Source: a virus (Duplodnaviria; Caudoviricetes). From it: 64,000 nt of DNA. The notes under the pieces were generated by a model, which had not been told where the DNA came from, searched no databases, and saw nothing but the letters and a program-made list of their open reading frames with translations. The position numbers and the translations under genes were made by a program. Of this stretch, positions 6,243-14,299 are shown piece after piece (within the stretch, counting starts at the first letter, position 1; every line of letters starts with the position of its first letter). Where the stretch lies: the IMG/VR virus record IMGVR_UViG_2862830631_000005, positions 14,672 to 78,671 of that record. One strand, given 5' to 3'.

Positions 6243-6346
6243 GATGGGGCCTGGATTCTAACCAGGATCTCCAGGGAATGCCACGTCCGGACGTGGGGCC
6301 TGGGCTCTACCGGGGATCAAGCCGGCTGATCTTGAGCTACACCCTC
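6243..6346 (-). ncRNA. tRNA-like RNA lacking an anticodon loop
   Basis: TA-GCTC...GGTA-GAGC D arm with an inserted hairpin; CCAGG/CCTGG stem capped by CCACGT-CCGG-ACGTGG; T arm CCTGG-TTAGAAT-CCAGG. Confidence 0.6.
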
Positions 6347-6347
6347 G

Positions 6348-6420
6348 CTGGTCCGCCAGGATTCGAACCTGGAACTTCCTGGTTAACAGCCAAGCGTGTT
6401 GCCGGTTACACCACGAACCA
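6348..6420 (-). tRNA. tRNA-Asn(GTT)
   Basis: CTTGG-CT-GTT-AA-CCAGG. Confidence 0.88.
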
Positions 6421-6576
6421 ATGATTGCCGCCAAACCAGGTGGGGGGAGCTTTTGACCGCACGATGGCGGGGTGGCTGTTATGTCACCCGGTTTGGTAAG
6501 TCTTTCCCACCAGTGTGACGACAGGTGGGCGTGCCGGTCCTAAACGGACACACTCAGTTGACACTTTTTCATTGCG

Positions 6577-6648
6577 TCGGGAAGCACAGACTCGAACTGC
6601 GTACGCCCGCATCCGAAGCGGCCATGTTTACCTTTACACCACATCCCG
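6577..6648 (-). tRNA. tRNA-Pro(CGG)
   Basis: CCGC-TT-CGG-AT-GCGG; C1-G72, A73. Confidence 0.87.
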
Positions 6649-6722
6649 ATTGGAAGCATGGCGGATGGAGTGGGCTCTGTACCATCTCTTACCTATGGCC
6701 ATTCCCGACCATGCTTCACGAG

Positions 6723-7160
6723 TGGAGCTGGCGGGAGTCGAACCCGCGTCTTACGTTCTTCGTACTCAGTCTTCTACGTGCGTAGTCCAGACAGGTGTAA
6801 TCCCAGCCAGCTACTGGACATACGGCTGCGGATTTGCTTCGGATTTACCCCCGAGTGGGCTGCAATTTTAGCCTACGGGTGCGCGGGCGCTACGGTCTGC
6901 CAACCATTCCTGCGGTCCCCGTATTAGCGACGCTGGATTGGTAGACGGAACGGGTAAACCGCTCTACCCCAACGGACTTCAGCTAGGCTGCGACGAGAAA
7001 CTCAGCCTCGATGTCCTCAACGGAGAAATCGAGCTCAGCTTCCCAGGCAGCGAAGTCAGCATCAGTATCGACTGCGCTTAATTTGTTTTGCACTGTTACG
7101 GGCGTTGCATCCCGGCACGCTTCCCTGGACTCTGTTCGCAATCGAAACCAGAACAGCCCC
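6723..7160 (-). ncRNA. ssrA: tmRNA
   Basis: 5' GGGGCTGTTCTGGTTTCGA; 3' GGGTTCGACTCCCGCCAGCTCCA with G3:U70; tag frame 7075..6983 AVDTDADFAAWEAELDFSVEDIEAEFLVAA*. Confidence 0.95.
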
Positions 7161-7205
7161 ATGAAACTTACTTGATATCCACTATTTAGTTCTCAAAGTA
7201 CTGAG

Positions 7206-7276
7206 CAGGGTCGGAGGGATTCGAACCCCCATAAGCGGCTTTGGAGACCACGGTCCTGCCGTTGGACGACAACCCT
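7206..7276 (-). tRNA. tRNA-Trp(CCA)
   Basis: GTGGT-CT-CCA-AA-GCCGC. Confidence 0.9.
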
Positions 7277-7412
7277 AAAGCCAGGTATTCGACCACCAGC
7301 CCTGGCGCTGGCTGAACAGGGCACCACCCCTTGGTCTGGGCGGCCCGGTCGAGCGGCTTGGAATTTGTTCGAGCCCGGGCCTTCTGCAACCGCTTCGTGG
7401 TTACGGAAGGTA

Positions 7413-7444
7413 AGATTACAGGCACAAAATCGGGGTGAAACAGG
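7413..7444 (-). promoter_or_regulatory. putative promoter of the RNA operon
   Basis: CCTGTTTCAC-N16-TAATCT immediately downstream of a terminator. Confidence 0.7.
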
Positions 7445-7449
7445 AGAAC

Positions 7450-7490
7450 AAAAAGGGCCCCTAGCCAGCTCATTCGCCGACCGGGGCCCT
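7450..7490 (-). terminator. intrinsic terminator
   Basis: AGGGCCCC...GGGGCCCT followed by TTTTG. Confidence 0.75.
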
Positions 7491-7504
7491 CCTGTGGGCT
7501 TGGG

Positions 7505-7744
7505 TTACTGCTTGGTCGGGAACTTGCGACGCGGACGGCTCGCTGGGGCCTGGCCGGTCACCATCAGATTGAGATCCTCGTTGGTAAACGGATCATGAGG
7601 TCCAGCACCGACGATCGGCTGAACGGACGCAGCCTGAATGGTGGCAGCCTCCGAGCTGCCGGCCACCACTGGCTTCTTCACGGCCGGCTCGACAGCCTCA
7701 ACGGCTGGAGCCTCTTCGGCCTTCTTCGTGGCAGCAGTTGCCAT
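7505..7744 (-). CDS. hypothetical protein
   Basis: GAGGT RBS; Ala/Glu/Lys-rich 79 aa. Confidence 0.7.
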   Translation of the reverse strand: MATAATKKAEEAPAVEAVEPAVKKPVVAGSSEAATIQAASVQPIVGAGPHDPFTNEDLNLMVTGQAPASRPRRKFPTKQ

Positions 7745-7812
7745 GTGTCATTACCTCACAGTGAAATATGTTGCAAGCTCTCTGCGTTTAGTATAGCACG
7801 GAGTTTGCTGGA

Positions 7813-8154
7813 TCAGTCCCGCCAGCGTCGCGACGTGACGTGAGCTGCCTTTTTCTGGGATCCCGCACCGAGACGCTGGTTGCAGACGAGATGCATCGGT
7901 TCCAGATTCTCCACGCTGTACTGCAGAGGGTCATCCCAGGCGAGATCCTTCACCGGGATGATGTGATTCACGGTGGGGGACATTGGATCTGGATACTTGA
8001 GGGATAGGTCGATCAGCTGGCCGCACGCAGGATACTTTCCGTTTCCGCGGAAAGCGCAGATCTGATTCGTACGCAATACGCGATTCTTGGCCTGCTGGAA
8101 TCGAACCCCCGCACGGCCACGTGGACGCGGCCCGTTTTTCGAATGGGTTGGCAT
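7813..8154 (-). CDS. HNH endonuclease-like protein (packaging-associated type)
   Basis: C...CGQLID...PTVNHIIP...NLEPMHLVCN; ends in SRRW. Confidence 0.8.
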   Translation of the reverse strand: MPTHSKNGPRPRGRAGVRFQQAKNRVLRTNQICAFRGNGKYPACGQLIDLSLKYPDPMSPTVNHIIPVKDLAWDDPLQYSVENLEPMHLVCNQRLGAGSQKKAAHVTSRRWRD

Positions 8155-8174
8155 AGAGGGTTCCTCCCTCTATT

Positions 8175-8945
8175 TTACCCCAAATCCCAGATGACGAAGT
8201 TGTCGCTGAACTGGTGGGTGCCATCCTCGGCGAGCCCGAACACCCTGGTAGCCGTGCCATCTGGGTACTGAAGAAGGCTGTTATACCGCTTGTGGTAGTG
8301 GCCGTGAATCAATATCCTTGGCCGTACCCCGTCGCAGATCTTCCGCAACACTGCACGGTGCGCGTTCGATGCGATGATCTCAGACCGGGGCCAGCCGCTG
8401 GTAATCGAGTCGACATCAGGGTCCGCTGCGATTCCGGGGATGTCGACACCGAGGGGGCAGTCGTGCGACACAACCACGTGGACCGGGCCGGCCGAGATTG
8501 CACGATCCACCTCGGCCTCGGTGATGTGCTCCTCATCCCACCACGACACTCCAGGCTTGCGCAGCTGCCGGTCAATGGAGTGGGCCCCACCCATTGCCAT
8601 CCACATGTAGCCACCCAGCTCCCAGCGATAACCGCGGGGAAGGTGCTTGATCCTCGGGTAGGCGGGATCCGACCAAGGTTCACCGCCGGAGGCAGCGACC
8701 CGCTCAACGATCTCCGGGTGGTACTCGTGGTTGCCGTCGACCCACCACAGCTCCATATCGTGACGGGACAGAGCAGAGTTCAGGGTGGACAGGTAGGCTT
8801 CTCGCGGCAACCCTGGGCCCCACCATCCGAAATCGCCGGCGTGAATGATCAGCTCAACACCTCGGTAGGCGAGTGACTCGACTATGTTGGACGCCCACGT
8901 CGAGTTTCCGTGCCAGTCGCCCACGACGGCAACCTTGTTGGTCAT
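8175..8945 (-). CDS. calcineurin-like metallophosphoesterase
   Basis: GDWHG, GDFG, DGNHE, SHDCP, HGHYH motifs. Confidence 0.92.
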   Translation of the reverse strand: MTNKVAVVGDWHGNSTWASNIVESLAYRGVELIIHAGDFGWWGPGLPREAYLSTLNSALSRHDMELWWVDGNHEYHPEIVERVAASGGEPWSDPAYPRIKHLPRGYRWELGGYMWMAMGGAHSIDRQLRKPGVSWWDEEHITEAEVDRAISAGPVHVVVSHDCPLGVDIPGIAADPDVDSITSGWPRSEIIASNAHRAVLRKICDGVRPRILIHGHYHKRYNSLLQYPDGTATRVFGLAEDGTHQFSDNFVIWDLG

Positions 8946-8997
8946 AGAACCATGTACCCTTCGATTCGTGAGAGGCGGATGACGGATATATCCCTAC

Positions 8998-9504
8998 TCA
9001 CGCCGCCAGCTCCGGATAGAACGTCCTCATGAACCCAGCAGATGACTTGTCGAGATCCTCCCAGTCGGTGAGGTTCCGCTCATAGACCGACTGGGCATCG
9101 TTCGCCTCGAAACCGGGGCGCTTCACCTGATGAATCCACTCCAGGTTCGAAGCCGCAGTGTTGGTGACATCCCCATCCTTGAAGCGGATCGTGGAGGCTT
9201 GCCGGCCGAACGGCGGCTCACCATGGAATGCCAGAGCCACCAGGAATGCCACGCGCTGCGCACGCGGAACAGCGGGCTTCCCAACCCGTGGGATCTGCAC
9301 GTTCACATACATGTGCGCAATGTTCGTGTTGTGCTTCCGCAGATACGGCTTCAGGATCTGCTCAGAGAACCTGCGGATGTACGGATTCTCGGAGTGTGGG
9401 CTGTGAACGACGAGCTCATAGGGCAGCCGGCGAACCTCGCCATGCCTGGACGCTTCGAAACGGTGAGGGATGCCGGGAATCTTCCGCCATTCCGTCAGTT
9501 CCAC
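8998..9504 (-). CDS. NUMOD4/HNH-like protein, catalytic His apparently lost
   Basis: WRKIPG...EASRHGEVR; RVAFLVALAF; IRFKDGDVTNTAASNLEW. Confidence 0.7.
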   Translation of the reverse strand: MELTEWRKIPGIPHRFEASRHGEVRRLPYELVVHSPHSENPYIRRFSEQILKPYLRKHNTNIAHMYVNVQIPRVGKPAVPRAQRVAFLVALAFHGEPPFGRQASTIRFKDGDVTNTAASNLEWIHQVKRPGFEANDAQSVYERNLTDWEDLDKSSAGFMRTFYPELAA

Positions 9505-9992
9505 GAAGCTACCTCGGCGGCGAACGCCGGGTTGCACAGCACCGCGGGGGAGCGCACATTGCGGAGATGGGCGACGATGTCTGCGCCGCTCATACCGCCC
9601 TGCATGTAGAGGGCCCTGGCTGTCACCAGGGACGACCGATTCAGTCCAGCCTGGCAATGCACCAGAACAGGCCCATCCTTGCGGCACACGTTGATCCAGG
9701 TGGCAATGGCGTCGATCTGCTCGAACCCCTGGTAGACGGAGTCGTACATTTCGACATAGAGCTCTGAGCTGATCTCCCGCGCCATCTCGTAGCGCTCCCA
9801 CGGGTACACCGACACAACGTGATCGATGTCCTCAGGGAGCATCAGCCCGTCAGCGCATCCGCCCTGCCAGAGGTTGTCGCCGATGTAGGAGATGTACGGC
9901 ACATCGAACGGCGTCAGGCCATGCGTCGCAACACCGGAGATGCGCTGAACGCGCGGGTCGTACTCGATATCGATTGCTGTTGGGTCAGCCAT
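9495..9992 (-). CDS. dual-specificity/tyrosine phosphatase family protein
   Basis: VLVHCQAGLNRS (HCx5R) motif. Confidence 0.9.
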   Translation of the reverse strand: MADPTAIDIEYDPRVQRISGVATHGLTPFDVPYISYIGDNLWQGGCADGLMLPEDIDHVVSVYPWERYEMAREISSELYVEMYDSVYQGFEQIDAIATWINVCRKDGPVLVHCQAGLNRSSLVTARALYMQGGMSGADIVAHLRNVRSPAVLCNPAFAAEVASWN

Positions 9993-10208
9993 CTACCGAC
10001 CTTCCTCTTCCCAGTAGGCTTCCATTACCTTCGTCACGACCTTGAACCAGTCGGGGCGGCCGTTCAGCTCTCCGTCTATCGCATCGAAGTAACTGTCTTC
10101 GGTTGCACTGGCTTCGATCTCGTCATCGAGATACTGGCGGTCAAGCTCGGCGATGAGTACATCCTCGAGCTGCTTGATGAGGACCGTGTCCTCGGCGCGG
10201 ATCGGCAT
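9993..10208 (-). CDS. hypothetical protein
   Basis: Acidic 71-aa ORF, translationally coupled. Confidence 0.65.
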   Translation of the reverse strand: MPIRAEDTVLIKQLEDVLIAELDRQYLDDEIEASATEDSYFDAIDGELNGRPDWFKVVTKVMEAYWEEEGR

Positions 10209-10453
10209 CAGGACTCCGTTGTGTGTCGAGCGATGGCGGCGTTGGCCCAGAACATCGCCTCTTCGAGCTTGGTTATTGCCAGAGACTTCTCACGGCCCGG
10301 TGGGACAATCCGGTCCAGTTCCAATGCGGTTATGTACAGCTCCGATCGCACACTTTCGTGGGCAACGCGCCTGTCTCGCGTCTCAGCAGCGTGAAACTTG
10401 AACCGGTGCTTGAGGTCGCTCGCCGTTGCTGGCGTTGTGTAACTCATCCGCAC
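10208..10453 (-). CDS. Acb2/Tad1-like hairpin protein (putative nucleotide-signal sponge)
   Basis: RFKFH...PPGREKSLAITKLEEAMFWANAAIAR. Confidence 0.7.
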   Translation of the reverse strand: MRMSYTTPATASDLKHRFKFHAAETRDRRVAHESVRSELYITALELDRIVPPGREKSLAITKLEEAMFWANAAIARHTTES

Positions 10454-10458
10454 CCCTC

Positions 10459-11205
10459 CTAGACGACTTCAGACGACTGGACCGACTTGGTGAACTGACC
10501 CCACTTGCCGCAGTCGTTGCAGTGGATCCTCTGGTAGAGGCGTGTGGCAGTCGGGCGGGTGCCCTTCAGGCGGTAGTTGCCGCTACCGCAGTTCGGGCAC
10601 ACCGGCATGCTTCCCTCGGGCTTGAAGAGATTCAGGTTGATGCCCTTCACCCATGGGAGCATGAGGTGGTACAGCTCCTCGGTGAGCTCCACGTCGCGAC
10701 GGTTGTACTTCTCCATCGCCTTGCGGGCCCGAGTGACCACTCCACGCTTCTCGGAGCGCAGGTCAGACCACATCCCGGGTGGAGTCTTGTCCTTGCCGTC
10801 CAAGCCGAGAGTGTCTGCGATGAACGCCATCCGGTTGTAGAGGAACTGAAACTCGCGCTTCAGATTCACCATCAGGTCGATGTCGACATGACTCGCGGGT
10901 GGGAGGATCCCGTATTCGAGGAAGTGCGACCTGAGGTGCTTGATGTCGAACTTCGCCGAGTTCCAGCCGATCACATAGTCGGCTTCATCGAGGACGGCGT
11001 GCGCCTTGCGGATCATTCCCTCATGGGTGTCATCCCATTCGGACGCGAAGTGAATGGCGTCGTCTCCCAGCCACTTCCACGCCAGGCAGATGGTCCTCGG
11101 TGGTTCGCGGAACTGCTCGGGCCTGATGAACTTCGGGGAGAAGTCCCACACTTCAGCCAACCCGGCCTGGCGCTCAATGTCGAGCGTGACGATCCGTGCA
11201 CTCAA
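10459..11205 (-). CDS. RNase H-like/DnaQ-like 3'-5' exonuclease with C-terminal Zn ribbon
   Basis: TLDIE, GWNSAKFD, YNRRDV; CPNCG...CNDCG. Confidence 0.85.
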   Translation of the reverse strand: MSARIVTLDIERQAGLAEVWDFSPKFIRPEQFREPPRTICLAWKWLGDDAIHFASEWDDTHEGMIRKAHAVLDEADYVIGWNSAKFDIKHLRSHFLEYGILPPASHVDIDLMVNLKREFQFLYNRMAFIADTLGLDGKDKTPPGMWSDLRSEKRGVVTRARKAMEKYNRRDVELTEELYHLMLPWVKGINLNLFKPEGSMPVCPNCGSGNYRLKGTRPTATRLYQRIHCNDCGKWGQFTKSVQSSEVV

Positions 11206-11234
11206 TGCGGTCTCCTAATGTATTGGGACACAGT

Positions 11235-11672
11235 CTAGTTAGGCCGGATGAGTCCGTGAAACAGGTCCGGGAAGCGCCCTTCTTCTGGGCTCCCCTTCGA
11301 GCGAGCGGATGGCCGCGAGTCATACTCAGGCTTGTTGACCATGAACCACGCCAGAGCGAAGCAATGCCACGCAGCGGAGACAACATGCTTCGAACCGGTC
11401 TCCGGATCGATGTCCTCGCCGGCCCAGAACGCGTTCAGGTGACGCTGCACGGCTGCATAGGAGTACTTCCAGTCGTACCCGCGCCGCCAGTTGTCATCCT
11501 CATACTTCTCGGCACCCCTGCCGTAGTGCTCGGCGAGCTCCCACAGTACGGTGGGCGGGATGAGGTCGAAACGTGCCAGCTTCGAACCCTTCTCGCCGCC
11601 CGACTCGCTGACGGTGCGAACCTCGCCAGGAACGGAAGTTGGTGGCGTAACAGGATGCTGCCCCTCAGTCAC
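11235..11672 (-). CDS. dATP/dGTP diphosphohydrolase-like protein (DUF5664)
   Basis: KLARFDLIP...GAEKYEDDNWRRG...DPETGSKHVVSAAWH. Confidence 0.85.
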   Translation of the reverse strand: MTEGQHPVTPPTSVPGEVRTVSESGGEKGSKLARFDLIPPTVLWELAEHYGRGAEKYEDDNWRRGYDWKYSYAAVQRHLNAFWAGEDIDPETGSKHVVSAAWHCFALAWFMVNKPEYDSRPSARSKGSPEEGRFPDLFHGLIRPN

Positions 11673-12031
11673 GCAACCGTCTTCCACACCGTGACGGTCT
11701 CCGTGGCTGGGTACACCTCGTCGGTTGGGCCCTCGTAGTAGCCGCCGTCGAACGACGCATACCAGCCGTCGCGCCGAAAGTAGCGGGTCTCGCCCTTCTC
11801 GCCGAGAATCTTCACGACGGCCCAATACTGGTCCCCCTGGCCCTCGCCGCCGAACTGCTCCGAGAGCTCAGCAATTCCGATATCTGGGATGTCGACACAC
11901 TTCTTGCCCCATTCCAGCTCCTCAAGGAAGTCGTCCCACCCATCACAGCAGCCGTACCGGTCGGGGATGTCATTGTCGTCCCACGAGCCCGACGCGATCG
12001 AGGCATCCAGATCTTCGACTGTGTAACTCAT
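11669..12031 (-). CDS. hypothetical protein, tandem paralog 4
   Basis: MSYTVEDLD...IPDIG...GGEGQG...DGWYASFDG...GPTDEV. Confidence 0.8.
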   Translation of the reverse strand: MSYTVEDLDASIASGSWDDNDIPDRYGCCDGWDDFLEELEWGKKCVDIPDIGIAELSEQFGGEGQGDQYWAVVKILGEKGETRYFRRDGWYASFDGGYYEGPTDEVYPATETVTVWKTVA

Positions 12032-12348
12032 AGCTTCTCCCAAACGGTGATGGTCTTCTGTACCGGCTTGACTTCCACGGTTGGCCCATCGAAGGACGAG
12101 CCGACGAACGAGGCATACCAGCCGTGGCGCTTGAAGATTCGCGTGCCGTCAGCGTTCTCGACGGAGAACACGAACCAGCGCTCCTCACCGGAACCCTCGC
12201 CGCCACCCTTCGATTCGAGTACCTTCGCAGTGCCGATCCCAGGTACCCCTACTCCGGTGGACATGTACTCGAACTCATGCCACGACCCACCCCATGGGGC
12301 TTCGTCGTTCTCGATGGCCTCATCGAGCTCCGCGATGGTGTAACTCAC
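12028..12348 (-). CDS. hypothetical protein, tandem paralog 3
   Basis: MSYTIAELD...VPGIG...GGEGSG...HGWYASFVG...GPTVEV. Confidence 0.8.
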   Translation of the reverse strand: MSYTIAELDEAIENDEAPWGGSWHEFEYMSTGVGVPGIGTAKVLESKGGGEGSGEERWFVFSVENADGTRIFKRHGWYASFVGSSFDGPTVEVKPVQKTITVWEKL

Positions 12349-12704
12349 ACTGCCTCCCAAATAGTTCGCTGGACCTTGGCCGGCTTGACTTCCTTCGGCC
12401 CCCCGTAAAACAGGCTGTAACCCGCGTACGACGAGTAGTAGCCAGGCCACTTCCAGAACGTCCTGGAGCCGTCGAAACCTTCGACACGGAACACCAGGTA
12501 TGTGTCACCCTCGTCCCAGTAGTCGCGGTTCTCTTCCTGCTCCTGCTCGAAGAACGCCCACCCGATACCGTCGATGCGGACGGACTCCTGTCCGAGAAGG
12601 GCCTCATAGAACGGGTGGCTGGCGCACCGATCCCGGTCACTGTCAGGCTTCGGGAACTGTTCGAACACCGCCTCTTTCAGCGACTCCACGGTGTATGACT
12701 TCAT
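12345..12704 (-). CDS. hypothetical protein, tandem paralog 2
   Basis: MKSYTVESL...IDGIG...PGYYSSYAG...GPKEVKP. Confidence 0.78.
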   Translation of the reverse strand: MKSYTVESLKEAVFEQFPKPDSDRDRCASHPFYEALLGQESVRIDGIGWAFFEQEQEENRDYWDEGDTYLVFRVEGFDGSRTFWKWPGYYSSYAGYSLFYGGPKEVKPAKVQRTIWEAV

Positions 12705-13024
12705 CAGATCGCCTCCCAGATGCGCGTCCTCATCTCAATTCCCCTGACCTCTTCGAGGTGCCCATGTCCGACCCCGCCGAACGAGTGACTCTTGGAGGTG
12801 ACCTTGAAGAACCGCTCTTCCGAGTAGTCCCGGATACTGAACACAAACCACGACTGGTCGAAGTCCTGGTCAGCTTCGATCAGGACTGCGTCACCTACGC
12901 CGGGGATCCAGACACCACGGCCTCCCGCCTCCTCTAGGCGGTAAAAGAAAGCATCCCAGCCGTGGTCGCCAGTCCAGCGCAGCGTCACGAACTTCTCGAT
13001 GATGCTCAGTGGGTAGGGGTTCAC
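12704..13024 (-). CDS. hypothetical protein, tandem paralog 1 (divergent)
   Basis: IPGVG...WFVFSI...RFFKV...SFGG...EEV...IWEAI. Confidence 0.7.
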   Translation of the reverse strand: MNPYPLSIIEKFVTLRWTGDHGWDAFFYRLEEAGGRGVWIPGVGDAVLIEADQDFDQSWFVFSIRDYSEERFFKVTSKSHSFGGVGHGHLEEVRGIEMRTRIWEAI

Positions 13025-13812
13025 AGCTCCTCCAGGTAACTCTTGTGCAGTTGGTGGTGGCGCACGTAGTCCATGTCCGGTTTCACGAACTCGCCGAAGT
13101 TCGAGACGATGAACTTCGCGCTCTCGCCCTTCGTCAGTGACGTGATAGTTCGACGCAACGCCCACTGATATGCGGCGCCAGGGGAGTGCTGGTAGTTGCG
13201 CGGGATGATGATCCGCTCAAGGGCCGTCACGTAGATCTCCTCACGGAACAGGCGCACCTGCTGGTCGTGAGGGAGGGCCCACACCTTGCCCATATCCATC
13301 TGGACGGTCTTCCCGTCCTTCAGGCAGTCGTCGTAGATCGGCTTTCCTGGGGTGTAGGCGACCGACCGGTGAATCGAGTCGTGGTCGTAGATGCGCGTCA
13401 CAGCGTCCGCGAAGAACTCGTCAGCCTCCATGGTCAGGTCGACGCGCTTCTTGCCGTGGCGGTCCTCCCAGATGGCGTACAGGGTGTCGTGCCAGTCGGG
13501 CAGAAGCTTGGCGCCACCCTTCTGTAGGGTGAGGAGGTCGGCCATGTGCTTCTGCCATGAGCCGTTCCTAAGCTCCCAGTAGGCGTGAGAGTGTTTGATC
13601 GTGTACAGCTCATCCGGTGTGGCGAGACGCTGCTCCCCGCGACCCATGACGTTGTACAGCCTGTCGTCCCAGAACAGGTCGCCGGGAAGCTCACCAGTGA
13701 AAGCTGTGATGACTTGCGGGTCTTCATTGGTGAAGGCATCGAAGTCCTTCGGGTCGCGCCAGTTCGGGAACCACGAGCGGGCCGCTGTCGATCCAATGAC
13801 TAGCGTGGTCAC
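13021..13812 (-). CDS. putative nucleotidyltransferase (pol-beta-like N-terminus)
   Basis: LVIGSTAA...RDPKDFD (GS...DxD); TPDELYTIKHSH; YDHDSIH. Confidence 0.6.
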   Translation of the reverse strand: MTTLVIGSTAARSWFPNWRDPKDFDAFTNEDPQVITAFTGELPGDLFWDDRLYNVMGRGEQRLATPDELYTIKHSHAYWELRNGSWQKHMADLLTLQKGGAKLLPDWHDTLYAIWEDRHGKKRVDLTMEADEFFADAVTRIYDHDSIHRSVAYTPGKPIYDDCLKDGKTVQMDMGKVWALPHDQQVRLFREEIYVTALERIIIPRNYQHSPGAAYQWALRRTITSLTKGESAKFIVSNFGEFVKPDMDYVRHHQLHKSYLEEL

Positions 13813-14081
13813 TGGTGCTTCTTCCGGAGGCGTGCGACGCGGCGACGAATCCGAGACCGGCGGATCTGGGGGACTCCGCGCATCACTCCGCGGATCTGCT
13901 CGCGGTTGGGTACGCGCTCCCAACGTTCCGGGGCGTCCTCGTCATTCTCGGGAACCATCTGCGCGTGAGCGTGGTCGTCGTGGCCGGCGTAGCCACTTGT
14001 CTCGTCAAACTCATCGAGTGCGGCCTGGTCGTTGATCTCGTTGTAGCGCTGTTCGTCGTAGTAGGGGTTCACAGCGTTCAC
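13809..14081 (-). CDS. hypothetical protein
   Basis: GGAGG RBS; acidic N-terminus and basic C-terminus. Confidence 0.6.
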   Translation of the reverse strand: MNAVNPYYDEQRYNEINDQAALDEFDETSGYAGHDDHAHAQMVPENDEDAPERWERVPNREQIRGVMRGVPQIRRSRIRRRVARLRKKHQ

Positions 14082-14299
14082 AGCGTGCCTCCGATGAGCA
14101 TCCATGCTTCCTTCAGCATGTGGAAGACACGCGGAGCGATGCGATCAGTCAGTTCGCTCCACTCTTCGTCTGTGTACTCGTTGGCCTGGTCTGGTGGTAG
14201 TACGTAGGTCCCCAGTATGTCTGCGATATCGTCTACGTCGCAGACAGTTTCCTGGAGATGCCAGAAGACGCACTCCTTGACCATTTCATCCTCGGTCAC
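14078..14299 (-). CDS. hypothetical protein
   Basis: Translationally coupled ORF. Confidence 0.65.
   Translation of the reverse strand: MTEDEMVKECVFWHLQETVCDVDDIADILGTYVLPPDQANEYTDEEWSELTDRIAPRVFHMLKEAWMLIGGTL

Noticed and set aside
4370-6346. Y RNA (YrlA) interpretation of the tRNA mimics
   Set aside because: Arm order is that of a normal tRNA rather than the permuted YrlA arrangement, and no Ro60 gene is present in the window
705-7276. Suppressor, Sec or Pyl tRNA implying recoding
   Set aside because: No CTA, TTA or TCA anticodon was found; the Pyl-like folds carry sense anticodons, and core genes read through with the standard code
1100-7480. Numerous 60-140 aa ORFs on both strands across the tRNA region
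   Set aside because: They overlap tRNA, tmRNA or structured RNA, lack RBS and protein-like composition; only the few listed as features are supported
11235-11672. Z-base or deazaguanine DNA modification pathway
   Set aside because: Only a DUF5664-like gene is present; no PurZ, Que/Dpd or DNA polymerase gene in the window
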